Assembly: GCF_006345805.1 (NCBI RefSeq)
Contig: NC_042997.1
Location: 32,984,001 to 33,048,000, forward strand
DNA: 64,000 bases
Source: Octopus sinensis
Taxonomy: Eukaryota
Reading direction: 5' to 3'
In this document: positions 23,975 through 36,141 of the stretch, one piece after another
How the letters are laid out: every line of letters starts with the position of its first letter
Position numbering within the stretch: the stretch's first letter is position 1
Notes under the pieces: model-generated
Seen by the model: only the letters and a program-made list of their open reading frames with translations
Told to the model about the DNA's origin: nothing
The model's database searches: none
Position numbers and translations under genes: made by a program

Positions 23975-26900
23975 GTATGGTTTTGCCTAACTTTGTCTAT
24001 CGATTGTTTTTGGTCTTATATATATATTATATACATAGATTTGAATTCAATTTTCTTCGTAATCTTACTAATACACACATATTTCTTCAGCGTGATAGTC
24101 AATCAAGTATGCTAACACAATTGCGATAATTATATATATATATATATAGACACTAATTTACTATCTCTATCGCTGTTTTGGAACTCTTTACTTTTTATAA
24201 GTTTGACCTATAATCGATAAGGGGTGGGTTAGAATATTGAAATTATTATTGTCAATTGCTAATTTATCGAACATCTACAACATGTGGATTCATGTATTAA
24301 AATTTTAAACGCTAGTTTGACAGTACTGAAAATATTTCTTTGTCCCCTATAAAATCGTTGGGCGGATACTGACTGCTGAATATTATTATATTGATTAACA
24401 AGTCAACCTGGTGTTACTATCCTCACCTGAACTCGTTGCAATGCAAAGAGTAGCATGGAATTGTCGAAGCATTTGCTTGCTGTCACTGCCACTATATTAT
24501 GTATTACTGGTACATGATCTCAAACGAAATCAACTATTACAGCGTATATTAAGTTTATGAAACAGAATCGGTAATAGGAAATGATTTGTCGAATTGATTC
24601 CAACTTACAAGATGCTATATTTTTCTAATTCCATTGAATATCATTTCTTTTTTTTTTTTGTGATATGTTCACATCCCAATGTTGTCGACTTCACCTTTCA
24701 TCTCCCATAAAACTAAGCAGCCAGTCTATTACTGAAGTCGATTAAACCAGCTACCTCCTTAAGAAAAAAAAAAAAAAGCAAGAAATAAAAATAAAAGTCA
24801 CCTTGTGACAAAGCTAGAAATCCTTATTGTTAATATTTTGTTGAAATCTTACAAATTGGGTCCATTTTTTTCTGTAAATGTTTAAAAATCTTTTTGATAA
24901 TTTTGATATTTTAACATATGCACTTTTTGATATCTTTAAAATTTTACATCTGAATACTCTTCAATTACAAAAGAATAAAAAATTAAGAAGAAAATCGTAT
25001 ATTATTTTATCATGATAGAATACATTTGATATGTTATCTATTGTTGCATTGGTCAAATACACTGGCACCAATAGTGCTTGTATGTGGGTGGATGTTACTG
25101 GAATTGTCATATTTGACATTGTCACTATAAAATAATTTAGGAACTTTTATGAACTTATAAACTTCAAAAAATTTTTTGTGAAATAGATTAAGGTATGTGA
25201 CATTGGAATCACAGAAAGAAAAACTGGGAAACATTGTAAGGGAAAAAAAAGCAAAGAACATGAAAATTCTATGTCCAGTTTCTGATCATATGAAAGTGAA
25301 TATTTCTTGACTATTCAATTATTTAATTTAGGGAAAAATGATCAGGTTTTCCACTCATCCTCTTGTTTTTGCATTTTTCCCCCTAATTTTTGTGATTATT
25401 GGGTTTAATTCCCATTCTATTCTAGATTTTGCCACTTTGTAATTAAACGAGGGCACTTAGCTAATAAAGGTCATGAGAGTTGTTCTGTTATAAAATCCTT
25501 TAGAAATTGATACTCACCTAACCTGTAGTATGTCCCATCCTGAATTTTAAAATTTCAGATCAACCAACTGGCTTATGACATTCTCTAGATTTGATTGACT
25601 ACCTCTGTTCCAATCTCTGCACAACTAGAGCTGATCTGGGTAACTCAGTAACATTTAATTCAAAGAGATTTTCTTCTTTAAACTGAACTCGATTTGCTAA
25701 TTACAGCAACCCACTTTTATACGTTTCTATCATTCTAAATATTTGGGTCAGCAGAAGAGGTTTTAATCATATTACTTACATACAAATGAGATAAATTAAA
25801 AGAATAAGTTTGATAGCACAAAAATATTCTCTCCTGAATAAACATTTGTTAAATGTATGTATTTACACTGTTTAATTAGAATTGTGATTAATATCACTTA
25901 AATTTCGCATTAAACCCCTTTATATGTTTAATTCCTGTTAGCATGGTAAGTTAGTGAATTGGGAAAGTATATGTCAGTCATGTCCTGGTTGGCAAAACCT
26001 ATATTTGGTTGGCAATTTATGACAGTTGATAATTCTAATTTACAATGCTTATTCATATTCCAGCAGAAAAAAAATATCTAATATTCACTCCTTGTGCTCC
26101 ATCTTGCATTAACTGTTCAAGTAAATTCAAAATTCCAGTCTTTGAAACATCAGCATAAACAACAATGATAATGTTTGTGCATAGCATTAATTCATTAACT
26201 CCTCAAGGTCAGTCATATGTTTTCAGGAAATTGTTGCAGACAGTGTTTCAAGGCCTGATTTTTTAATCAATATGCCAAACCTATGCAGGCGAGATTGCTA
26301 CATTCAGAAATGCTGATCAAATTACCCAACTCACTAAAATACCTTTGTCCCATAGATTTTGTCAAGCAGCTGATTAGGATTATTACTTAGCCAGAATCAT
26401 CCTTCTGGTGATCATTGCTTTACTGTAGTCACAGGCAACCTGCAATTCACAGAGCTCTCTGATTGGTATACCTAATGAAAAATTACCTTTAATTTTTTTT
26501 TTTTAGTAGTGTGGCCTTGTCCTTTGTGACCTGCTTCTCGAAAATGGATGCCCTTGCCTGCTTAGATGTATATTTTCTCCTGCTGTTTATTCACTGTTGT
26601 CATTTCATCTCTATCTTTTTATAATTGTCAATTATATGAAATATACTATAGCGAAAAAGACAGCTTTTCATTGACATATGCTTTTATTGATTTCAATCAG
26701 TAACCAGACTGGGGCACCACTGTAGTTTCAATGTTTCAGGCATGCTTTTGTTTCTATTCTGTTATTACAGCCATTAACTCATGCTTTGGACACAGTTGTT
26801 AGCCTAAATTGTTTCATTCATACAGACATATGTAATGAGCAACAATAAAAAAGATAATTAAAAAAACCCTTTATATCAAATAACTATAAAATGACAAAAG

Positions 26901-27537
26901 ATATTGTATCATGATAAAGAATAATTGTATTAGGAATCTGAAGCTACCATATGTGTAAATTTAAAAATATTAAAGAAAGTTTTTATTTGTTAATTTACCT
27001 AATTAAATAGGTAGATTTTTAAAGCAAACCTGGAATAACTACCAGCATTATTTATTCTTCAGAATCATCTAAAGCCACTAGTTGCCAAGGGTGATTCTTT
27101 GTTTTGATAACTAAAACTAACAGAATGTTATATAGGGTCAACAATTAATGTAGGTTAGTTCAGTAGGTCATTATTATACTTAAGATTCAACTAGAGCTAC
27201 CTAAGCCAACAATGTTATCAGTTTACTTCCAATGAGGGAGCCTTTATGTAATCACTTTATGTTACTAGAAATAGTGGCTAAATCTCCCTTAAACCATCAC
27301 CTTACCACCTTAATAAATAACACAAAAAGCATTTGCTGTAGTTGTTAGTGTACAAACAGGTAGGAAAGTACCAGGTAATCATCTCATTGAATTTTCTTGG
27401 GATTAAATAACATTAACACCTTTAAAAAAAATGCCTATAAATGCTGGAATTAAAAGGGCATGGATTTGGTACAAATATTTAATTCTTAGTACTACTAAGC
27501 GCAGTTAAAATCTTTAAACAATTTTAAGATAATATAT

Positions 27538-27568
<31 letters not shown>

Positions 27569-27779
27569 ATGTAGACATATTCAAGCAGGCAGGTAATAAT
27601 AAATAGTTTGTAACAAATTTAAACTATGGGGTAAAATATGTGAATGACCTTGAAATTGTGGAAACTTACATCTTTGGAACTACAGGGTTTAAAGTTATAT
27701 TCTAAATGTACAGTATTGTTGAGTTAATGTCTACTGCTACAGCTGTAGACTGACAAATTGTAACAAACCTGTTGTACAC

Positions 27780-28215
27780 ACATCATCATCATCATCTAAC
27801 GTCCGCTTTTCATGCTGGCATGGGTTGGACGGTTCAACTGGGGTCTGGGAAGCCAGGAGGCTGCACCAGGCTCCAGTCTGATCTGGCAGTGTTTCTACAG
27901 CTGGATGCCCTCTCTAACGCCAACCACTCCATGAGTGTAGTGGGTGCTTTTTACATGCCACCGGCACAGGTGCCAGACGAGACTGGCAGACGGCCATGAT
28001 CGGATGGTGCTTTTTACGTGCCACCGGCACGGGGACCAGACGAAGCTGGCAACGGCCACGGTCGGATGGTACTTTTTACGTGCCACCGGCACGGAGGCCA
28101 GTCGGGGAGGCGCTGGCTACGGCCACATTCTGATGGTTCTCTTACGTGCCACCGGCACTGCTATCACAGCTACAAATTCCATTGATGTTGATAGATTACA
28201 ATTTTGATTTTCACT
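27780..28215 (-). mobile_element. RTE LINE 3' UTR fragment with four internal modules (intronic, antisense)
   Basis: Same family as 11806 and 49632. Confidence 0.85.
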
Positions 28216-28219
28216 TGCC

Positions 28220-28253
<34 letters not shown>

Positions 28254-28707
28254 GTGTGTGTATTTGTATTTTCCCTTTGACATTTCTACACTGATTAAAA
28301 GCTGTCACTATACATATAAATGGTGTCATTACGGTCTTCCATAAAAACTTACCCAGCTTTTGAGTCGGATATGTTTCATGTGACCATTGTTGTTGGAAGG
28401 ACTCAGGGAAATAATACCTTGTTACCAGTCAAGGGCTGGTAACAGGAAAAGCATAAAAGCATGCAGCTGCAGAATCTGCCTCAAAGAATTTCCTCAGAAA
28501 AGTGGATGTTAAAGCTATCATGGAGATGATAACCTTCCTACACTGAGAGGTGTATGTGTGTATGTATTTATGTATGTATGTATAGTTATAATAATACATA
28601 AAAATTGAGTATGTTAGTATGCTGTGTCAAAGGAGTTTAATGTTTGGGAAGTCTTATTTTACTGGGGTTTTTACATCTACTTTTTCAAGTTTGTGTCAGT
28701 GGTACAT

Positions 28708-28739
<32 letters not shown>

Positions 28740-29118
28740 TATTTTACTTGTTTCAGTCATTAAAGAGTTTTTTTAGTTGAAAAAATCAACCCCAGGACTT
28801 TTTTTTTTTTAAAGCCTAGTACTTATTCTATCAGCCTCTTTTGCTGAACTGCTAAGTTATGGGGACCTAAACACCAACACTGGTTGTCAAGCAATGATGG
28901 GGTGGAGGGCAGGACAAACACAGACATAAAAACATACATACATACATATATATATTTGATGGGCTTCTTTCAGTTTCCATCTACCAAATCCACTCACAAG
29001 GCATTGGTCAGTCTGAGGCTATAGTAGAAGGTACTTGCCCAAGGTGCTACACAGTGGGACTGAACCTTGAACCATGTGGTTGGTAAGCAAGCTACTTACC
29101 ACACAGCCACTCCTGTGC
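28740..29118 (-). mobile_element. SINE family A, diverged (intronic)
   Basis: Tail and head present. Confidence 0.8.
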
Positions 29119-30805
29119 CTATATATATATATATATATGAAATGGTTTACATTTGTGTTGACACACAAGAACTTCCAGTTGTGGTCTTTCATGATACAAA
29201 CTATTATATTTGTGCCATCAAAAATGATGGAAGTTTTATTAATCTTAGAGAATGCCATATCTATTTAGATGAAATAAAAGAAATTAATCCTTTTCTTACT
29301 TTGTAAAATATCATACTATGTGTATGTGTGTAAGACTAAACTTTAAATTCTTTTATTTTTGAAAGCATCTACTATACTCACATACTGTTTAGAACTAAAG
29401 TGAAAGTAAAATGAACAACTCGTCCTTTGACTGTTCATTTTCAAACTGTCACTGTGTGTCATTTGACATCCTCCTACTTTAATAGTACCCCAGTAGTATG
29501 ATAGCAAACAGTCATAGAAGCTATATGTGGATAGATGACCTGACAAAGAAGTCTCTAAGTGATTACTGGGCTTGCTAGAAATAACAGCCAAATCTTTAAA
29601 TCACATCCTGTTATCTTAAAAAAAAGGAAAGGACATAACAGAAAATGTAGTCCTTGACCTTCAGAACAAGAGGATGATCATAGGTGAACAACCAACCCAT
29701 CATTTGGATATAGGTCTGCAAAATATGGCTGACCTGTACAGATTGTTTAATTTAGCTCTAACTTTGATTCCATATATCTCACAGAAGGAACATTTATAAT
29801 AGTTAGCTCATAGTTTACTGCATGATTAGACTTTAATCAGTCTAGTAATCAGTTAATGTTTTTCACAAATGTCTGTCTTGTTTTTAACTAATTAGTTAGC
29901 AGACAAGTGTATTTACCCAATTTTAGATTGTAGCATTACACTTGATAGGAGATTCTTAAATATTGTTGTTTTTTAAATTATAGCTACCATCACTTACCAT
30001 CCCAAAATATTTAGGGAATGATTTCTCTGTGGTACCATGTTCAATGGATTAGAGCTACGTAATTCTTGCTGGTTATTCACTATAGTTATTAACTATAAGT
30101 TATGCATATTTAATTTTCCTGAGAGAAAAAAAAAGCACAAAAAAAAAAACACCCTTATGTGCAAAAGTCTGACATAATTTAGTGTCTGTTCATCATTAAA
30201 TTTCATATATAGTTGCTGCTCCAGTATGGCCTTGACTGTGAAAACTAAAACAAACTACAGAGCATGGGTTGAGATTAGTCTCATGGGCTTTTACTACCTG
30301 CTGTTTCAACACTCATCCATTCTGCCACAGAGTAGTAGTAGTCTGCAGGATACTGTGGCCAGTCAATTAAATTTCTTAGTAAACAGTGCAAAACAAATAG
30401 CTTTAGCTGTGGTAAGCTTTGACCTTGCTGTTTTGTGCTCAATATTAAGCATAGGTTTGCATCCATTAGCATGTGATCAGTAGAACTGCACTTACCTTAT
30501 TTAAAAGGACTGAAAATTTGAACAAGCTTTCAGATAATGTTTTAATTTTAAAAGCAGTTGAAGTTTGAAATCTTATAGCTGGATATCTGTTAAATTGAGA
30601 TTAATTATTTTAACAAAATAATGTTTGCTGCAAGTGTGGGAACTCAGTACTGAGAGTAGAGTCAAATTTATTGTAAGATTCATGTTGACTGGGACTTTGA
30701 GTTTCATATACATTTATACTTAGATTCTGCCCTTATCAGATCAGTTTAAAATGTCTTTCAATAGGAGTGTGATTAGTCTATTTATGGTCTGTAGAAGTAC
30801 CTTAA

Positions 30806-31251
30806 CCCTTTTGTTACTGTATTCATTTTGAGATGCTCTGTGTTTCTTTCAATAATTTTAAATATAACAAAGAATTTAATAAAATAACATTGTTATCATT
30901 CAGCTAGTATTAGGAACATAAATTGCGACTAAGATTTGGTGGAAGATTTGAATTAAAAACTTATGAAAACAAAACATTTATATTAAAGAACCAGAGCCAG
31001 TTTCAGCCGGGTTGGTAACGAAAGGGTTAACCCTTTCGTTACCAACCCGGCTGAAACCGGCTCTGGCTTTGTAGTACAAATGTCTTGTTTTCATAAGTTT
31101 TGAATTAAAATCTTCCACCAAACCTTGGTCACAAATACTGTTCCTAACACCAGCTTAATGATAACTAAGTTATTTTACTAAATTCTTTGTTACATCTAAA
31201 ATAATTGAAAGAAACACAGAGCATCTCAAAATAAATACAGTAACGAAAGGG
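30806..31251. mobile_element. Two piggyBac-like MITE family 1 copies in inverted orientation sharing a central TTAA
   Basis: TTAA at 30802-05, 31027-30 and 31252-55. Copy 1 is 30806-31026 and copy 2 is 31031-31251 (reverse). Confidence 0.92.
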
Positions 31252-32220
31252 TTAAGTACCTTTTCAATAAATACTTATGAATAATTAAAAAGAAACCTTG
31301 AATGTTTTTTTTCTAGAGCAAAATGACAATTGTGCATACTATTGAACATTAATCTTCCAATATCGAACAATAATCTTCCAAACTGTGTTTTTCCTTTATT
31401 TAATAGTTTTTATAGTATATATATATTTTACTCTGGTTGTCTTTTGATGTTTGGGGTATTTGTATGATTAGGACTGTGGTATAATTCTGAGCTATAATAC
31501 TCTTCTGTGAATTGAAGGCATGGCCTAGATTCACTTGCTTAAAACTCTTTCTCTGAAATCACTTTTGGGAGGAAAGCCTGAATATCACAACTTCTCATTT
31601 TCCTTTCTCTGTGTGTCAAATATCTATGTAATAAATCAGTATTTAATTTTCTTTGTGAAAAGTTTTTAGTTTCTTGGCATGTTCTTTTAACAAAGTTTGA
31701 CTGCAACTAATTAACTGATCACATTTTAAATGGATTTGTTTTGTGTTTTTTTTTTTTTTTAACATTAACATGTGAAAAACTGCTGGTGGTTTTGTGTTTT
31801 TCTTTGTTTATACTGATATATTATTTATAAGTGGATTTTCTGTTAAAATCGATTAGAAAAAGGATGAGTGGAAATATTAATGGGTTTATATCAACAGTGT
31901 TCATTTTGTAATGAATATTGCGAAAAGTTATTTATCTTACGTTTATTATAAACTATTCTTGAGTTTATCTGGAAAAAAATTTTTCCAAATCATTATCTGA
32001 GTTTACTAATCAGGGTAAAAAAAAGAACTCTTGCTTTTTTTACTTATTTAAACAATGTATTATTTTATGATATTGATTATAATTATATTTTAAAATAAAG
32101 AATAAAATGATTTTCTTATTTAAAGATTTAGGTTACAAGTAGAATAATGATGTAAACAATTTAAATTGTTTAAAAATACACCTAAACCTGCCTACATAAT
32201 ATACTCCACTTTAATTGTAG

Positions 32221-33604
32221 GTCAATCAGATCGGCTGATCCTAAGGCTCAGGTGCTTGTTGTTGGAGAGGAGAATTACATTCCTTATATGCGACCTCCCC
32301 TTTCTAAAGAACTCTGGTTCAGTGAGGATAAGTCAGCTGTTAAGAACTTGAAATTCAAGCAGTGGAATGGTAAAGAGAGAAGTATTTTCTTTGAGCCTGA
32401 AGCATTTTATGTAGAGCCCAAGAAATTACCATATCAAGAAAATGGTGGTGTTTCTGTTTTGTCTGGACGAAAAGTGGTGAAGCTTGATGCTAGCAAACGC
32501 CAAGCATATCTTGACAATGGTACTGTAATAAAATATGACAAATGTTTGATAGCTACAGGAGGAAAGCCCAAAAATTTACCAATATTGTCAAAAGCTGGCT
32601 CAGATGTAGCTGAGAAGACCACACTATTTAGAAATATTGATGATTTCCGTAGCTTGGACAAACATCTAGAAGAGGCCAAGTCAGTAGCCATTATTGGTGG
32701 GGGGTTCCTTGGCAGTGAGTTAGCCTGTGCTTTAGGGAAGAAATCTCAGTCACATGACTTGAAAGTCTATCAGCTTTTTCCTGAATCTGGAAACATGGGT
32801 AAAGTTCTTCCTGAATATCTTAGTTTGTGGACAACTTCAATGGTTAAAAGTGAAGGAGTTGATGTTCAACCTGGTGTGAGTGTCCAAACAGCTGTTCTGA
32901 AGGATAATAAAGTGTCTTTAGAATTGAATAATGGCACATCACTTGATGTTGACCATGTTGTTGTTGCTGTTGGTCTTGATCCCAATACTGAATTAGCTAA
33001 AACCTCTGGCCTTGAAGTAGATGATAAATTTGGAGGTTTTCGAGTAAACTCCGAGCTAGAAGCCCGATCTAATGTTTGGGTTGCTGGTGATGCTGCTTGC
33101 TTTTATGATATCAAACTTGGCCGGCGCCGAGTGGAACATCATGATCACGCTGTTGTTAGCGGACGTTTGGCCGGGCAAAATATGGCTGGTGCTGGAAAAG
33201 CTTATTGGCATCAGTCTATGTTCTGGTCAGATCTAGGACCAAATGTGGGTTATGAAGCAATTGGTATTGTAGATTCCAGTTTACCAACAGTTGGAGTTTT
33301 TGCTAAGGCCACTGAAAAAGATACTCCACAGGCTGTTGTAGAAGCCACAGGTGAAGGTCTTCGATCGGAAACTGAAGAGTCTGCTAAACCTTCCATGGTG
33401 CCAGCTGCTCAGCTTGCTACACCTGATGCTGATGAGAATTTTGGTAAAGGTGTAATTTTCTATTTGCGAGACAAAGTAGTGGTTGGAGTTCTTTTGTGGA
33501 ATGTTTTCAATAAGATGCCTATTGCTAGGAAAGTTCTAAAAGATGGAGTAGAAAGTGAAGATTTACACGAAGTAGCAAAATTATTCAACATACATGAGAC
33601 ATAA
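32221..33604 (+). CDS. AIFM1: AIFM1 exon 2: FAD/NADH pyridine-nucleotide oxidoreductase and AIF C-terminal domain
   Basis: [110 protein letters not shown]. Stop TAA at 33602-04. Confidence 0.98.
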
Positions 33605-34111
33605 CATTTGTGTGAATGGGAAAGTGTGTGGGGGGGAAAATATAGAAGTGACTTTAAAGAAATACCGACTTGAAAAAGTTTTACATGAATATTTTTGATA
33701 TATTTAAAATGTTTTGTGCATATGAATATGCAACCCTGCATTGAGTAGTGAACAAATCATGTTAAGTGATTTCTGGTGAAAAAAACACACACAAAAAAAA
33801 AAAAACAAAAACACAGACCAAACTAGACTGAATTGGTAGTATGAGATCAGATAGAATTCCTGTTTGTTCATACGCTCCTCTAAAATTTGGCAGTCCACAT
33901 CATTGTAAAATTAGTCCTCTGAACAGCTTTAACATTTAAAAAAAAAAATCATCCAAGTAAATCAATGCTCAAGAAATGAAAGGCACCATGACAGACATCA
34001 TTATTACAGGTTATGGAGTGAAGTTTGCCTTATTCAAAACTCCTGAACTATTTTTGTAGACTTCTTTTTATAACTAAGTTTTCAATGTCAATGAATGATA
34101 TGTATAGCTTA

Positions 34112-34117
34112 AATAAA
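34112..34117 (+). terminator. Candidate AIFM1 polyadenylation signal (alternative at 34775-34780)
   Basis: AATAAA ~510 nt after the stop, followed by U/GU-rich cattttgttg. Confidence 0.4.
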
Positions 34118-34844
34118 TACCATTTTGTTGAACATGTTCTACTTCAGTCTTTACATTTACCTGGCTGAGAGACTCTATTGTTTGCTTTTTCTTTGGCTCT
34201 AATTTTACCAAGGTTACTTCACCTTGAGCTACATCTTGAAATTGTACATTTAAATTTCTGTCTAATAATTGCTGGGACTGGGTAGGTTATAGTGGAATGG
34301 TACGTGACTAGATATGAACTATCGAAAGATTACTTACAACCTTCCAGTCCTAACATAAATTAAGTTGTAATAATTTTTTTTTTTTTTTAATGAAAACATG
34401 AAAAATTAAATTTGTTACAAAGAAATCCTGAGCAGACCACCTTGTTATTTCTTATTAATGTTAAATTCAAAACTGAATTTTAAAAATTTGAAATGGAATT
34501 AAAAAAAAAAACAAAAAACAAAATCTTTTCTGTCGTGAGTTTTTGTATTGCTGTTGTATATATATATATATGTTGTTTTTTTTTTAATAATTTTTTGCAT
34601 GCATTTTTCTTTTTTAAAGCTTTTCTTTCATATACTAACTAATTTTAGCAGATTTTTGATTTCAGGGATGGGCCAAATGATAACTTGATATTGTATTTAT
34701 TCTTTTGTGATCCTTGCTATAACAAATACCAAGTTTTAATTTTTCAGGTATTTTTTTAACCCCGCTTTTTATCCAATAAATCCCTAACTTTACTCATTCT
34801 AAAACAATCAAACAGATGAAAGGAAATTTAACCTTGGATAGTAT

Positions 34845-35242
34845 ACTCTTTTACTCTTTTCAGTCATTTGACTGCGGCCATGCTGGAGCACCGCCTTTAG
34901 TCGAGCAAATCGACCCCGGGACTTATTCTTTGTAAGCCCAGTACTTATTCTATCGGTCTCTTTTTGCCGAACCGCTAAGTGACGGGGACGTAAACACACC
35001 AGCATCGGTTGTCAAGCAATGCTAGGGGGACAAACACACATACACAAACACACACACATACACATATATATATATACATATATACGACAGGCTTCAGTTT
35101 CCATCTACCAAATCCACTCGCAAGGCATTGGTCGGCCCGGGGCTATAGCAGAAGACACTTGCCCAAGATGCCACGCAGTGGGACTGAACCCGGAACCATG
35201 TTGTTGGTTAGCAAGCTACTTACCACACAGCCACTCCTGCGC
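34845..35242 (-). mobile_element. SINE family A, young
   Basis: Full length, CpGs retained. Confidence 0.9.
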
Positions 35243-35517
35243 TAGCATTTTAAAGGTTATTTTCCTAGATATGCTTGATGTCTATTCTTAAGCTAGGTAC
35301 ACCGAGGCTTAGTATATAGCAGTATCTTGCAAAGTTAGTATAGCAAGATCAATATATCCAGTTAGTGAAATGGTTTGTCTAGTAACTGCTTTATTTGGAC
35401 ATCATGATGAATATGTGAACATGTCCAGTACAAATATTATGGTGGTTAGTGTGCATTCCATATGAATCCATTTACTGAACTGGTGTTAATTTTTCTTATT
35501 GTCTAAATCAAGTTTAA

Positions 35518-35834
35518 CCCTTTTAGCATTCAAATTATTCTGTCAAATGTACAGCATATTCATTCACTTCATTGTGAATTAATCACATTCTGTCTTGTAG
35601 CCTTAGAATTTCAGTGATGTAGCTCTCTCCTTTACTCTTTTACTTGTTTCAGTCATTTGACTGTGGCCATGCTGGAGCACCGCCTTTAGTCAAGCAAATC
35701 GACCCCGGGACTTATTCTTTGTAAGCCCAGTACTTATTCTATCGGTCTCTTTTTGCCAAACCGCTAAGTGACGGGGACGTAAATACACCAGCATCGGTTG
35801 TCAAGCAATCCTAGGGAGACAAACACACACACGC

Positions 35835-35865
<31 letters not shown>

Positions 35866-36141
35866 CAGATATACGACGGGCTTCTTTCAGTTTCCATCTA
35901 CCAAATCCACTCACAAGGCATTGGTTGGCCGAGGCTATAGCAGAAGACACTTGCCCAAGATGCCACGCAGTGGGACTGAACCCGGAACCATGTGGTTGGT
36001 TAGCAAGCTACTTACCACACAGCCACTCCTGCGTATTTTTAGAATGTCATTTGTAGAGTAGAAGTGAGGGGACCAGCATTGGCCATTTTGAACATAAAAC
36101 AGAATATTTTGGATGGATATGGCTGGTTAAATCCTAAATGG
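35518..36141. mobile_element. piggyBac-like MITE family 2 carrying a nested SINE A
   Basis: TTAA at 35514-17 and 36142-45. Halves match the reverse complement of 39001-39219. Confidence 0.7.
35628..36033 (-). mobile_element. SINE family A nested in MITE family 2
   Basis: Full-length match. Confidence 0.9.

Larger units (their letters stand above)
23975..32220 (+). other. AIFM1: AIFM1 intron (8,246 bp, phase 2, GT-AG)
   Basis: AG+G restores [21 protein letters not shown], colinear with AIF AAARSIRARDPGARVLIV. Acceptor ccactttaattgtag. Confidence 0.93.

Noticed and set aside
25519-25540. Antisense 22-nt mini-exon with AG|GTGAGT donor in the AIFM1 intron
   Set aside because: Isolated, not frame-preserving, and no partner exons. 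Such signals arise by chance in AT-rich introns.
30226-30483. 85-aa ORF / possible cassette exon in the AIFM1 intron (donor GTAAGC at ~30413)
   Set aside because: The only open version is phase 0-0, incompatible with the phase-2 intron. No family similarity.
32221-33604. Bacterial or horizontally acquired oxidoreductase (suggested by the intronless exon)
   Set aside because: Carries AIFM1-specific motifs and the C-loop insertion, and is joined by a spliceosomal intron to a mitochondrial presequence.
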